This document shows, piece after piece, positions 12,076 through 23,500 of a DNA stretch of 64,000 nucleotides. Made by a program: the position numbers and the translations under genes. The stretch is from Epithemia pelagica. Lineage: Eukaryota > Protista > Bacillariophyta. The stretch covers positions 1,736,001 to 1,800,000 of the forward strand of contig OX337236.1 in assembly GCA_946965045.2 (NCBI GenBank), in the 5' to 3' direction. The notes beneath the pieces are model-generated. The model worked only from the letters and a program-made list of their open reading frames with translations. It ran no database searches and was not told the DNA's origin. Every line of letters begins with the position of its first letter. The first letter of the stretch is position 1.

Positions 12076-12236
12076 ACAAGTACATTGTTCATTGCAACCA
12101 CATTGCAACTACCTCGGTCATCATGGTCTTTTCTTGAGAGTGCGATTTAGAACGGTCCAGGTTCAGTCGCTCATAGGTTGCATGACAAAAATATCTAGGA
12201 GTACTGAAGAAAGGAGGGCACACTCTCCGTAGGTAG

Positions 12237-13436
12237 CTAGGAGTAGCTGTTCGCACCGTCGGATGGTGCTTTGTTAGTGGGTGCCAGCCGACACAAAATG
12301 TGGACATGATCAATTTCGGGGATCGACTTGAGTTCGGGTGGATTGATCCAATGCAAAAACTCACAGTTGTAGAAGAGTGGGTCGTTGGCAGCCAAGCTGG
12401 TTTCTCGAATCACGTCTTTGGCATGCGCAATGTCGTCCTCCATAATACTACTACTACAAGAAGAATCGACTCCAGATCCGTTTGGATCCTTGTCGTCGTC
12501 CATTGGCTGGAGTTTCCACAAGACCCAATGCGCAATGCCCTCTTCGACAAAGTAGGGAAAATCATTGGGCAGAACGGCCAGTCGAGGTTTGTTGGTCCAA
12601 TGTTGGTCGGCCTGGTGGCTGTCATTGCGGTCTTGTGGTTGCAGTAGTTGTCGTAACGAAGGATGAGCAAAGCGCAATCCAGTGGCAGTATCGACTCGTG
12701 ATTCCAATTGGAATTTGGAACACAAAATATGGTCGGTCAAGGACTGCCATTTCGATTCCAACTCTTGTCGATAGACGGTATACTTGTATTGTTCCGGTAC
12801 CGATCGACACAGTAAAGATAAATCACCCGTTTTCGCATCACAAATTTGCTTCAATTCGGACCAAGAAAAGGGATGGATCCGAAAGCCATGGGGTGGATTG
12901 CTGAGAAAGACCCGTCGTGTACGTTCCTTCTCCTGCTCCATAGTGGCGTTCATCCCATTCATGATGGAATTGTGACTTCCATTGACCATTTTCGTGCAAG
13001 GTTTCTCCAGGGTCGGCTCTTTATCGCCACCACCCCGATTGGACAAATAACAAGCCGTCAATGAAGTGGTTGTGGCCGAGAAAAAGCCATTCTTCACTCT
13101 GGAACGAGCACGGGACCGTATCCTCCATGAGCAGGAGCGACGTGATGGTATCCAACCTTGCTTGGCAATCTCCCAAGTGGTAGTTGTTCTTTTTCTCCCA
13201 CTACAAACAGCTGCCGATAGTGCACCACCACTTCTCCTGTGGAGACTGAATGAATGACAAGGACGGACCAGCAATGCTGCAAGGATCATGATCCAACTCA
13301 CAGTGTGACAGCTAACCAATCCTTGTTGTTGTTGCTGATCCTGCTGCCGTCGTCTTTGTCGTTGCCAACACCGCTCCGACAGTCTCTCACTCCCCAAACG
13401 CGACGGTGGTGGTGGAAGGATTCGCCGTCCCACCAT
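12237..13436 (-). CDS. DUF3605 / GIG1-like protein (HIT-like HVH motif), intact copy with N-terminal extension
   Basis: Motifs FSWSEL, RSVPEQYKY, PNDFPY, GIAHWVLWK, WINPPELKSIPEIDHVH. Confidence 0.8.
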   Translation of the reverse strand: MVGRRILPPPPSRLGSERLSERCWQRQRRRQQDQQQQQGLVSCHTVSWIMILAALLVRPCHSFSLHRRSGGALSAAVCSGRKRTTTTWEIAKQGWIPSRRSCSWRIRSRARSRVKNGFFSATTTSLTACYLSNRGGGDKEPTLEKPCTKMVNGSHNSIMNGMNATMEQEKERTRRVFLSNPPHGFRIHPFSWSELKQICDAKTGDLSLLCRSVPEQYKYTVYRQELESKWQSLTDHILCSKFQLESRVDTATGLRFAHPSLRQLLQPQDRNDSHQADQHWTNKPRLAVLPNDFPYFVEEGIAHWVLWKLQPMDDDKDPNGSGVDSSCSSSIMEDDIAHAKDVIRETSLAANDPLFYNCEFLHWINPPELKSIPEIDHVHILCRLAPTNKAPSDGANSYS

Positions 13437-14737
13437 GGTGTCCGTTTGATTTGGATGGGAATCTTTGGATTGGATCTTTTGAGTCCTACGTCCCAGCTCC
13501 GGGCGAAAACAGACGGTTTACTGTAGCGGAAAGAGACCCCCCGGGAAATCGGGGAAGGGGGAAGAACGCTTGCCACATTGCTAGCGTTACCGTAAAAAAA
13601 TAAATGGAAGTAAACTCTGAAAAGTATTGCCGAAGAAGAAAAATTACGTAACCGCTGTTTAGCCATCAAAATAAATAAAGGGGGCTAGGAGAGGAAAAAA
13701 ACAAGGGAGGGGTGAAAAAATTGGCTAGTATCGTTGTCACTGACTGGTTTGGGGGTAATCTGTACGACTATAAAGTAAAGAGATGAATTTTTTAAATATG
13801 GTGTCGCAGTTTTCCGGATGTCCACCGAAATCCTGTAAAAGAGGGATTACCCGGTATTTTTGACACTCAAGCGGCTGGTAGACGTAGATAGTTCGACCAG
13901 TTTGATTGGATGACTGAAGATGTGATGCTAGCCGATAGGAAATTTACGGAAGGAGCAAAAGCGGCAAAACAATAATTCATAACAGCGATGGGGAGTAGCT
14001 ATAGATTTCTAATAGATACTCCTATAAAATAGCTCGGTCGACAATAGGTACAAACCATAGAAACATTGTTCGTTTGCTAGAAGAAGAACTACTGAGAAAG
14101 TTAAGCATACATATCCGGGTTTTATAATCGTTTTTTATTATCTAGCGGGAACTACGGACTACGGAGAGACTGCCTCCACCCCCAATGACAAAATACCAAC
14201 TATGGGGAGTAAGATATTTCAGAGAGCATCCTCCACCCTCCCCTTTTCTACCTCGGGATCAGGTTTCATCTTTTGTGCTGAAGTAGAAGAGTATCAATCA
14301 TCATGCAACTGAAAAGGAAGAGATCTCACGGGCCAGTAAAAGTGCCAGTTAAAGACCACCTTCGCCCACTTGGTAGATTATGTTTCCAGAGCTGCATGAA
14401 GCAATGAGAGGATGTAAGGATGTCATGACGTGGGCCGAGGGGCAGAGGTGCGAGGGGTCCCCGTTCTAAGTTGGAAGACTGTTTCCGAAACGTCTCTCTA
14501 CTTCGTGACCTCTGATCTCTAAACTCCGAATTCAAAAACCCAACCCTCATCATGTTTGAGACGTGTGCAAAAAAACGCATCTTTCCAAAACCATCGCAAG
14601 GACCCAAAAGTCACAAAAAGTAGAAAAGGTTCTCCTGCCACAAAAAGTACAACTGATAACAACAAACTGTGATTGTCAAGCTCCAAGAATCCACAGAAAC
14701 ATCCAAACAGCACACAGCTACAGCGCTGCACCAAAAG

Positions 14738-16438
14738 ATGTCATCGTTGCAATCTCCCCAGATTCGGAAGAAAAAGAAGAAAGGGAATCGAGTAGAGACT
14801 CCTCCCGCTGTGACCAGAAAAGAATCATTTGAGGATTACAATCTTTCACCTCCAAAAGTACCCAGGAAGAAAACTTTCGACGACGCAGTGCGAGCAATCA
14901 ATCGCGATTTTTCAAAATTTCGTGTTGGATGGGTCGGAGCAAAGGTGAAATGGAGTATGATCCATGAAGGTGAACAAGTGGAGCTACATTTTCGGACATG
15001 CCGTGTGTTACTCTTCCTCTACAGTCGTAATTTTATGATGAATAAGAGTCAACTAACACGTACGGAAGCTGTGAGAAAAATTCTGCACAAAAGGAACGAT
15101 CGTATCGACCGAGTAATGGCCGTCGACGGAGACATTGATTTATCAAACCAGGAGGCCTATCAGATTCAATATATCCGGGCCTGTATGTCGATTCACCGCT
15201 ACTTTCAACAGATGGGAACAACAGGATTTTCCCGAGATATGTCCAATGTGACGTACTACTTTCGAATGCAAAAGCATGGTAGTTGCTTTCTTCAAGCACC
15301 ATGTGTAGCCATGTCCTACATCTTGGGAGTTTGCGGCCAACCGACGCCACCGAGTAATGTGTCACGACTGATTCGACACCACTTAACTGACAAAGAATTG
15401 ATGGATTACGTTGTAAGGGACAGCGGCGGTGACTCTTCACGGATCTTTGAGATTCTGGAGAAAAAATTCTTTGTCTCCAGGCGTAACCAGGAACGAATCT
15501 TCGCGAATAATTTGTCTCACAAAAAGGAACTCAATAGACTCATCGAGGAACTTGCACAACAACCTCTTTTGGTCTCTCGATTTGAAGTTCCGAAAAACTT
15601 TTGGTGTCATCCACCTTCACAAGATGTGAAAGACAAGTGTCCTGACTTGGACAAATTTATTCTCGGAATGGAAAAGACTGTGGAACCGAATCAAATTTGG
15701 TCGAAAATACCGGTCCATTTAATTCCCCATGGGGTTGCTCGTTTTACTAAATGGGACGAACCGGCCGAATTCATTCTGTTGGATGATCCCGTCAATGCAG
15801 AAACGAAAGAACAGGAAGATGCTCTACATGCAAAGTGGACGACATTATTAAATAAATCTGCTGCTGGCAATCAAGATGACAACGAAACTCTGACTACTCT
15901 TGCTGCGTCGATGTCGACAGATTCAAGCGTTGGCTTGGAATCAGCACCCCGCGAGAGCTCGGCTTTTTACAATGCGTCCATTTTGGCGACTCATGATGAT
16001 TTGGAGGAGGATTTATCCTTTTTGGACAATGATGCAGATGACGATATCGCGAACCGCCTTTGGGATGTTGACGAAAGCAGTGTCAGCACATCTTCGGATA
16101 TCGATGAGCGCGGGGAAGGAGATGCTATCGCCTTTCATGCAATGATCCTTCTTGGGTATCGGGAAGTGGACGGGTCAAAATATTGGCTCTTGCAGAATTC
16201 TTGGGAAGGCCCCATGCAAATCATTGAAGTCAGCACTGAATATTTCATGAATTCGAATGCTTGTCTCCTCTTCTACATGCCGTCAGAACGGCGGGTAAAG
16301 ACCAAAGCTGAATGGGAAATGCAGAACGTGACGGGGTTTTTTTGCTCGTCTCCAGTGGCAGAGAGTAGTCATCTCGAGCGGAGTGACGGCGAATGGTCCG
16401 ACGGCATTTTTCCCACCACAGGATATGAATCCTCGTAG
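14738..16438 (+). CDS. Papain-like (clan CA, C1-like) cysteine peptidase without signal peptide, copy 1 (566 aa)
   Basis: QKHGSCF (oxyanion Gln + catalytic Cys), DSGGDS, FHAMILLGY (His) and YWLLQNSW (Asn). ATG at 14738 matches the start of copy 2. Confidence 0.75.
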   Translation: MSSLQSPQIRKKKKKGNRVETPPAVTRKESFEDYNLSPPKVPRKKTFDDAVRAINRDFSKFRVGWVGAKVKWSMIHEGEQVELHFRTCRVLLFLYSRNFMMNKSQLTRTEAVRKILHKRNDRIDRVMAVDGDIDLSNQEAYQIQYIRACMSIHRYFQQMGTTGFSRDMSNVTYYFRMQKHGSCFLQAPCVAMSYILGVCGQPTPPSNVSRLIRHHLTDKELMDYVVRDSGGDSSRIFEILEKKFFVSRRNQERIFANNLSHKKELNRLIEELAQQPLLVSRFEVPKNFWCHPPSQDVKDKCPDLDKFILGMEKTVEPNQIWSKIPVHLIPHGVARFTKWDEPAEFILLDDPVNAETKEQEDALHAKWTTLLNKSAAGNQDDNETLTTLAASMSTDSSVGLESAPRESSAFYNASILATHDDLEEDLSFLDNDADDDIANRLWDVDESSVSTSSDIDERGEGDAIAFHAMILLGYREVDGSKYWLLQNSWEGPMQIIEVSTEYFMNSNACLLFYMPSERRVKTKAEWEMQNVTGFFCSSPVAESSHLERSDGEWSDGIFPTTGYESS

Positions 16439-17086
16439 AGAGAAGGGACACCTGAATGATCCAGCAACTCCATTGCAGTGATCTTCCGCAAGTTTCAAAG
16501 AGAGCATTTTTCCTCATCTCTTAAGTGGTGCCTACTAGTATTTCAAAACAGGAGTAACTCGTGTTTTGTTTTTGTTGTAGACAAACGAGATCCCTTTTAC
16601 CATTTGTGTCACGGGGAGAACTCTAGATGGCAAGTGCACAATATGCCTGTTTCATAGTTTATCCACCTGAGAAGATTCCGATTCCTCCTCCTCATTGCCA
16701 TACGAGCTGGCCCCATGCAAGTGGTTACATCTCGTACAAGTAGTGTCTCGAACGCTTATGTGTGCACGGCAGGGACAGAGAGCACAACTCCTAACTCTTC
16801 TAGCTCCGCCCTCTTCAAAAAGCATTTGAGAAAAAGGCTATAATTCATCAGTTCCGTTTGATCCATTACCTTGCTAGTGTTACAATACTACTTGTTTCTC
16901 GTGGTTCGCCCATGTCGATTGCTATGTCGTCCTCGTTGTCGTTGTTTGCGCCACGCCATTTCGCTGGAATTGGACAGTCATGTTGGTGTGTAGATCCAAT
17001 CGAACCATTTTCTGTGTGTGTGCGTGTCTCCTCCAGCCCCCGGATACAGAAAAAACGAATCCATCCTTGCGCAGCAGACTATATTC

Positions 17087-18937
17087 TTACACCGCATGCG
17101 TATTTTCTGGTTCGGGTACCATTAATGCTTGTGGGTGTGGCGGCGCGTCTTGTTGTGCTTGTGGTGGTGGAGTGGATCCTTGCTGGTCGTGCGAGGCCCC
17201 CGCGGCGGCGGCAGCGGCCGCTTCTTCCTTTTGTTTCCACAAGACTTGCAATTCGGCCGCTTGTTTCATGAATTCATCCCGCATGGCTTCTCGTTCCCGT
17301 TCGACGACCTTGACCATGGCTTCCTTCATGCGGAGCAATTCTTCCTTGGCCTTGCGTCGTTCGGATCGAATGGCCCGGGCCAACATTTCTTCATTGTCCG
17401 TCAATTGGGCTTGCAAATGCCGTGTCGTCGTTTGCAAACTCGTCAATTCCGACAGCGTTTCTTGCAATTGCCAACTCGCCTTTTCGTATTCGCGTTCCAT
17501 CGTTTGTTTGTCCGCTTCCGCGTCTTCGGCCCGGCGTTGCCAGTCTTCCAAGGCTTCCGACAAGGCTGCGCGAGACAGGGGTGGACGACTCGGTTTGGCC
17601 GTGGGGGAATCGCCCAGGGTCGACGAGGAATCCGAGGAAGATCGAAACAAGCCCCCAAACCAGCCGCCCCCACGGACGGACCGTGGTCGATCGGTTTCTT
17701 CCTCGGGAGAGCGGCGTCGCGAGGCATTCGGGGGACCATGGGTGGAACGGGCGTCCCGTTTGCCATCTGGGTGTGGCACGTCGTCCTCCTCCAAGTCCTC
17801 TTCGTCTTCGGACGACGACAAGGAAGCACGACATGTGGATCGATCGCGCCGCAAAAGGGTCCAATTCAAGAGGGCCTTGCCGGCCGTAAACACCAACAAG
17901 GAGGTCGTGGCGACATGACTCGAACACAGGGCCCGCACCTTGGGCAGGAGGGTGAGCAACAAGGGCGACGCGGCCGTGACCCGGTGTGGCAACGAAGTAC
18001 TTCTCCGAGACGAAGCAGCATCGGCAGCGGGCATTCGGGTGGGCAAGGTGGTGGTCGTCGTCGAAGTCGTGGGCGCCACTGGTTCCTCGGAAACCAAGCC
18101 GCGACGACGGCGAGGGTGATGATGCGAGACCATTGGTTCGGGCGGTTCGGGTTCATCGTAGGGTGAGTCCTCCAAGACAAAATCCTCAAACAAGGCCGAT
18201 GCGGGAGAGTCTTCCCACAATGGTGGTTGTTGCGGTGCAGAAGACGGATTGGCCGGACGGTGTTGTTGTTGATGTGGTTGCGACGGCGGTGGTGCTTCCT
18301 CCATGTGCACATAGGGCTCCTCGGGCAAGATGGTTTCCAAGAGCAAGTCGGCCGGGTCGGCATGGGGATGATGCGCTTCTCTCCGACTCGTCGTTGGTGG
18401 CACCATGTGGTGGTAGGAATCGTCTGGTTCGTCCTCGTCTTCAAACAGGGCCAAGGGATCCATCCACCAATCGTCATTGGATTTCATGGCTTGCAACAAG
18501 GCTTCCTCATCTTGCTGCTGGTGCTGTTTGGCGTGTGCGGCTTTGGGTTTCTTGGTGCGGGTCGAGACTGGAATGCCCTGTGGTGGTGGTGATTGTTTGG
18601 GAAGAGAATTGGCTGTCGCATAGCTCAAGGATCGAGACGATCCAGGAGAGGGAGGAGGCAGCGAATGATGGTGCTGATGATGATGATGGTTGGTGGCGGT
18701 CACGGCCGTAGCGGCCGAACCGACCAAAATCCACACCAAGCGAGTGCTGCTCGCAGCAGCACAAAGGCTGGGTGTGTGGTGACATGACGGACTGCGAGTG
18801 TCATGGCGAGAGGAGGAGGATAACGAATCGCCACACAAAGTGTCACCGACAAGGTCTCGTTCACACGCATCGCTGGTCCACGACGAAGGACGGCTGTCGC
18901 TGTTGCGGCGACGACGAGACGAGGGGGCATTCCTCAT
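17087..18937 (-). CDS. Hypothetical low-complexity protein with hydrophobic segments and a C-terminal coiled coil
   Basis: Long ORF, likely start MRNAPSS at 18937. Hydrophobic LVWILVGSAATAV and SLLVFTAGKALLNW segments, and a heptad-rich LEDWQRRAE...LQVLWKQ region. Confidence 0.65.
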   Translation of the reverse strand: MRNAPSSRRRRNSDSRPSSWTSDACERDLVGDTLCGDSLSSSSRHDTRSPSCHHTPSLCAAASSTRLVWILVGSAATAVTATNHHHHQHHHSLPPPSPGSSRSLSYATANSLPKQSPPPQGIPVSTRTKKPKAAHAKQHQQQDEEALLQAMKSNDDWWMDPLALFEDEDEPDDSYHHMVPPTTSRREAHHPHADPADLLLETILPEEPYVHMEEAPPPSQPHQQQHRPANPSSAPQQPPLWEDSPASALFEDFVLEDSPYDEPEPPEPMVSHHHPRRRRGLVSEEPVAPTTSTTTTTLPTRMPAADAASSRRSTSLPHRVTAASPLLLTLLPKVRALCSSHVATTSLLVFTAGKALLNWTLLRRDRSTCRASLSSSEDEEDLEEDDVPHPDGKRDARSTHGPPNASRRRSPEEETDRPRSVRGGGWFGGLFRSSSDSSSTLGDSPTAKPSRPPLSRAALSEALEDWQRRAEDAEADKQTMEREYEKASWQLQETLSELTSLQTTTRHLQAQLTDNEEMLARAIRSERRKAKEELLRMKEAMVKVVEREREAMRDEFMKQAAELQVLWKQKEEAAAAAAAGASHDQQGSTPPPQAQQDAPPHPQALMVPEPENTHAV

Positions 18938-19686
18938 GATGATGATGATCGGCTTGTTGGTGGGACGGTTGGTTCGGTACCGAATGGGATTCAACGGATT
19001 TACATGCAACCAATCGGCAACGAATGTGATGCTACAACTAAAAGACCCCCAAGTGTGTGTTGGTGGGAGGTGTTGCGCCGGTTTCCAGTTGTGGCCGTCT
19101 CTCTCGCTTCGTTTTTGAATAACGAGATAACCGAATACCGAATATTCGAAACGAAATGGGGTCTGTGGAAGGGAGCTGCCGCCGCGGGAGTTGAAGCGGG
19201 AAGGCTCATCCATGGTTCCAGTTCAAACGCTCTTTCGCGCAAGGCTATGCGCTGGACGACGTGCATGGGGGCGGGCTCAAAAGCATTTTTTGTAGTGCCT
19301 CAAAAGCGTGGCATCCTGGGTCCCGCGCGCAACGGAACATACAAAACGATACATACTCGTAGATGCAGTGTGGGAGGGCATTCCTGCTCGACAGATGACG
19401 CAAGATGACACAACATGACACCATGGACACAACTGCGAGATTTTTAGAAGATTCTTCATGTCACATCCAGTCGCTCATGGTCGTATAAATTCGCGCGCGA
19501 AACCACCTCTTCGTGTCTTGGTCTTGCTTCCCCCCCAAAACGCGCGTGTCTTTTTGCTCGCTCTATTCCATCATTCACTTTCTCTCTTTTTTCTTTCTTC
19601 TCACAAAATTAGAAATTAGCACTCACAATCTCTCCTTTCCTCCACACATTCTTTTCTACGACTCCCTCCCATTATTATTCTTTGTC

Positions 19687-20541
19687 ATGTCCAGGTTTGA
19701 CAAGTCCCCACGCTTTCGACTGTCGGCCCACAACTGCAACGTCTCTGGTCCCAGCAAGTACGACGACACGGACGATACAAGTGTGGAAACCTCCTCTTCG
19801 GTCGGATCCGAATCCAACGGTGCACACAGCCACACTCACCACCACCATGACGACAACAACCACAACAATATCCACGACTCGGCATTGGACTGCACGGACT
19901 TGGACGATGCCACGATTGACGACGCCATTGCCCATATCACCAAGAGCGACTATCGATTGCAACCCTTTACGTGGGACCAATTGTGTCAACAATGTCGCGA
20001 CAATCCCCATGGCTTTTATACCACCACGCTACCACGATCCGCCTTGAATCAATTGCTCTACAATCGCTTTCGTCAAACCGTGGCCCGTCAATGGACGTCC
20101 TTGGACGATTATATCTTGTGTACCAAATTTCACTTTGATCAACGCCACGACCCCCACACGGGCTTGCGCCGTGCCCATCCGTCCTGGTCCGACCTTGTGC
20201 CTCCCAACAACCATAACCACCAGGATCCCAACAAGGGGCGGCGGCACGTCATTGCGGTAGCGCCCAACGATTTTCCTTATTATATTGCCGACAACATGGA
20301 ACATTGGGTCTTGTGGAAACTGGGTGGTAGTCACTGTACGGACCATGATGTGGCCCGGGCCCAGCATCAAATTCAATGCCACCTCCAAACTCAAAAGCAG
20401 CAAGTGGCGGTGGACTTTGTCTGCTTTGCCAATCCTCCCACTTGCAAATCCGTTCCCGACATTGATCACGTTCAAATCTTTTGTCTCAAACAACCCCTCA
20501 CGACAACGACGACAACGACTGGAAGAAGACAAGGCACATGA
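19687..20541 (+). CDS. DUF3605 / GIG1-like protein, older paralogue
   Basis: ATG at 19687. Motifs FTWDQL, RSALNQLLY, PNDFPYY, MEHWVLWK, FANPPTCKSVPDIDHVQ. Confidence 0.8.
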   Translation: MSRFDKSPRFRLSAHNCNVSGPSKYDDTDDTSVETSSSVGSESNGAHSHTHHHHDDNNHNNIHDSALDCTDLDDATIDDAIAHITKSDYRLQPFTWDQLCQQCRDNPHGFYTTTLPRSALNQLLYNRFRQTVARQWTSLDDYILCTKFHFDQRHDPHTGLRRAHPSWSDLVPPNNHNHQDPNKGRRHVIAVAPNDFPYYIADNMEHWVLWKLGGSHCTDHDVARAQHQIQCHLQTQKQQVAVDFVCFANPPTCKSVPDIDHVQIFCLKQPLTTTTTTTGRRQGT

Positions 20542-20594
20542 GAAAACATCTCGCATGGTGCACCTTACCCAAAGCAAGCTGCCTTTGTGCATCC

Positions 20595-23500
20595 TCAAAC
20601 TGTGTTGTTGCTTTCCGTGTAGTTCCATTTGCCTCCGCTGTATTCAATATCGGTATCTCGATGGCGCCAGCTCCGTCCGGAGGAGGAGGATGCAACTCGA
20701 GCGGCGCCCACCCGTTGTGTACACAGCGGTTGGAGGGCACAAAAGGCCCGAAATTGGAGAATGGTACACAAATCCTTATTGGCCAAGGCGTCGGCCAGTG
20801 GCTTGGAACGACCAATGCCCACGACCGTGCCAAAGACATTGTCAAAATTGCTCGTCATTTTCAGTCCAATCCAACTGTCCACCGGCCCTTGGATAGGCAA
20901 GGCATTCAACAGAAACTCTGCCCCCGATTCACTAATAAGGTAGCCCGTAAGATAAAACAAATGAGTCGGAATGCCCACATGTTTACGATAGGCGACAATG
21001 GGTGCTGTCTTGGGACGACTGTATCCCAGCGAGCAGAAATGAAAGTCCCGGGGAAGCTCGCGCAACACATCCTGCAATCGATCCGTAAAACGATCGACCA
21101 ACATGGCATCGTCTTCCACAATTAGACACACGGGAGCCGGCGGATTCTGGCGGTTCGACACGTGCATTGCTGTGCCTTGCGCAAATCCACTCATGTGAAA
21201 CAGTCGTCGAAGCACGGTGGGCCTCCGTACAAATGGAGAGGGAGACCCGGTCGTCCTTTCATGTATACTTTGAAACGAGCGCAGTGCACCTTTCCAAGAC
21301 GCCAAATGCGACAAAGCGCATGCCCTCTCACTGGGACTGGCTCGAACCAAGCCTTCTCCATCGGGTGCATTGGTGTCAAATGCTTTCAAATCGTGAGGCC
21401 GCCAATGGGTATGGACCAAATCATCCAATCCATCTCCAACTTGCTTGGATAGTTGCTCCGTTGCCTCGAACCATTTTCCACGGCCATCAAAAGCGTACTG
21501 ACCAAAGAAGTTGGGTTCTTTCTGAGATGAGGCTTCGTCCTTGCCGTGCTGCTTCAACGACGCAACAGCGTGGACAACAGTCACTCGATGTATCATGGCT
21601 TGAACATAAAACGCTTCCATTCGATCAGGACGACATTGCAGATTGATCACACGAACCACAGGGGTGTGAGACAGCTCTCCCATCCGTGACAAGGAACGTG
21701 ATCTCAATGAATGTGACGTGTCGGGTCTAGAATCAACCAACTTGAGGAGTTTGCTGGCACACGCAAGAGCCAGCTCTCCGTTCGCCACAATGACTGCAAC
21801 ATGAAGAAGGTGGCTGACACTTTCGAGCTCCAATGAGCTATCGTCTTGTGCTATCACCCCCCTGGCTTTGTCGAGGAAGTACTGGAATGGTGTTGACATG
21901 GCTGCTTCAGAGCCCATCAACGTTCGAAGACGATCAAGCCTACGAATCTCCATTTCTCTCACTGCATTGGCTCGCCACACCAACTCTGAAGCCCGCTCAT
22001 ACGCAAGGGCTGAGTCAAGAAGAAGACTGGATGCCCCCTCATGTCCCATGATCAGACACAGCTGAAACGCCAATGTGGCGGGACGAGAACATTTCGCCTC
22101 ATTTGCAGTGATCCAGTTGAGAGACTTTATCTCACGAAGCAACGCGGACGCACGGTTCTGGTAGTCCTCTATCTTCAACTCCTCGTGGTCCTGAAGAATG
22201 CCCGCTTCCACAAGACGCCGATAGGCGGCAACCTCTACGCGAGCGATATCGCGGACACGAGCATTTCGAGCGTTCGAATACCGATGTCGCCAAATAGAAG
22301 CCACAAGTTCAAGACATAATTTGAGCGCCTTTTCGGCAAACTCATTGTTGACACTCGTTCTGTCCTCGCCGTAGAACAACATGGACAGCAAGTTGGAACC
22401 GGCTCCGTCGTCATTGGTTGGAGGCAACCACCACAGCATTTTTGGCTGAGGGATGAGCATTGCTTCGACCAAAATAAGACTCATGGTAGGAGGTAGCTTC
22501 GGATGGTCATCGTGTTGACTAGGCGCAGTGGAGAGCAAGTACCCCCAAACCAAGTCACCTACTTGATTCTGGTCACGAGAAATGTAATACCCCACAACGA
22601 GCTGCACCAAGACGACCCGTTCCAGCAAGCTCGATAGCCTTCCTTGAACTTTTGCATCCAAGTGGTCACTGTCTTTCAAATGATCTGGGTTTGTCGTATC
22701 CATCTCTTCTTGATCTTCGTCCTCGACCGTGATGGAATGATGATAGGCAAGAGTGTTGACACTGTCTGCCCTGTCTTGAACGGGCCAGCACTGCGTTATC
22801 TCCCCATCCAACGATGACATTAGAGATTCTACCAATTGTTTTCGTCCCCTCAGTCCCACCATCATCTTAGTTGTTTGATCATCTTCGTTACGACCGACCG
22901 CTTTATTCAGGAAAGCTTCCTCTCCACAATACGTGTCTATTATAAGAAGCGCTCGAAATACCATGAGCTTTCCCTCAACTATTGGGTTTTCGGGGTGAAC
23001 AGTACTTTCACTTGATGTATTGATAAAATTACAGGCGGGGATCAATGCTGAGGTCACAAAGGGTGGATAGCTCTCGAGGAGATCCTTATCAATGAGTTGG
23101 ATTCGAGAAAGACTGTGGATGGCCCAGGCCAAGTCGGCCGCCACTTCTTCATCGGCCCTTGAAATCCATTTCCATGTCTGCGGATCATTGTCTGGTTCTT
23201 GGTGGTTACTAGCACTATTTTCATCTGTGGGATCCACATTGACAACTGTCTCGGCAGGGAGAACAGCTTTGTCAGCAACGTCAACACCTTCCGCCACTTT
23301 TTCAACAGTCGTGGTTGATGCTTTCTCCTCTACAAGTGAAACGTCAAGTCTTTCTATCGACTGAAAGGCTTCTCGAAGCAATTCCAAAACGTTTGGTTGT
23401 TCTTCTTCGGATCTTTCTCTTTCGGTGGTTGCTGCATGCTTCCTAGACGGGTTGCCTTTATCACTTTTCTTCATATTCTCAACATCGTCATCATCGTCGT

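Larger units (their letters stand above)
11894..16489 (+). repeat. Source copy of a segmental duplication: block A 11894-12189, block B about 12245-13498, unique segment about 13500-14185, block C about 14185-16489
   Basis: Each block aligns by eye to the reverse complement of parts of 25395-29310. Confidence 0.9.

Noticed and set aside
13560-14185. Centromere-like island or decayed ORF
   Set aside because: About 39% GC is only mildly low, and the stop density in the best frame is about what chance gives.
16980-18711. Several long + strand ORFs (312, 345 and 241 aa)
   Set aside because: Antisense shadows of the GC-rich 17087-18937 gene.
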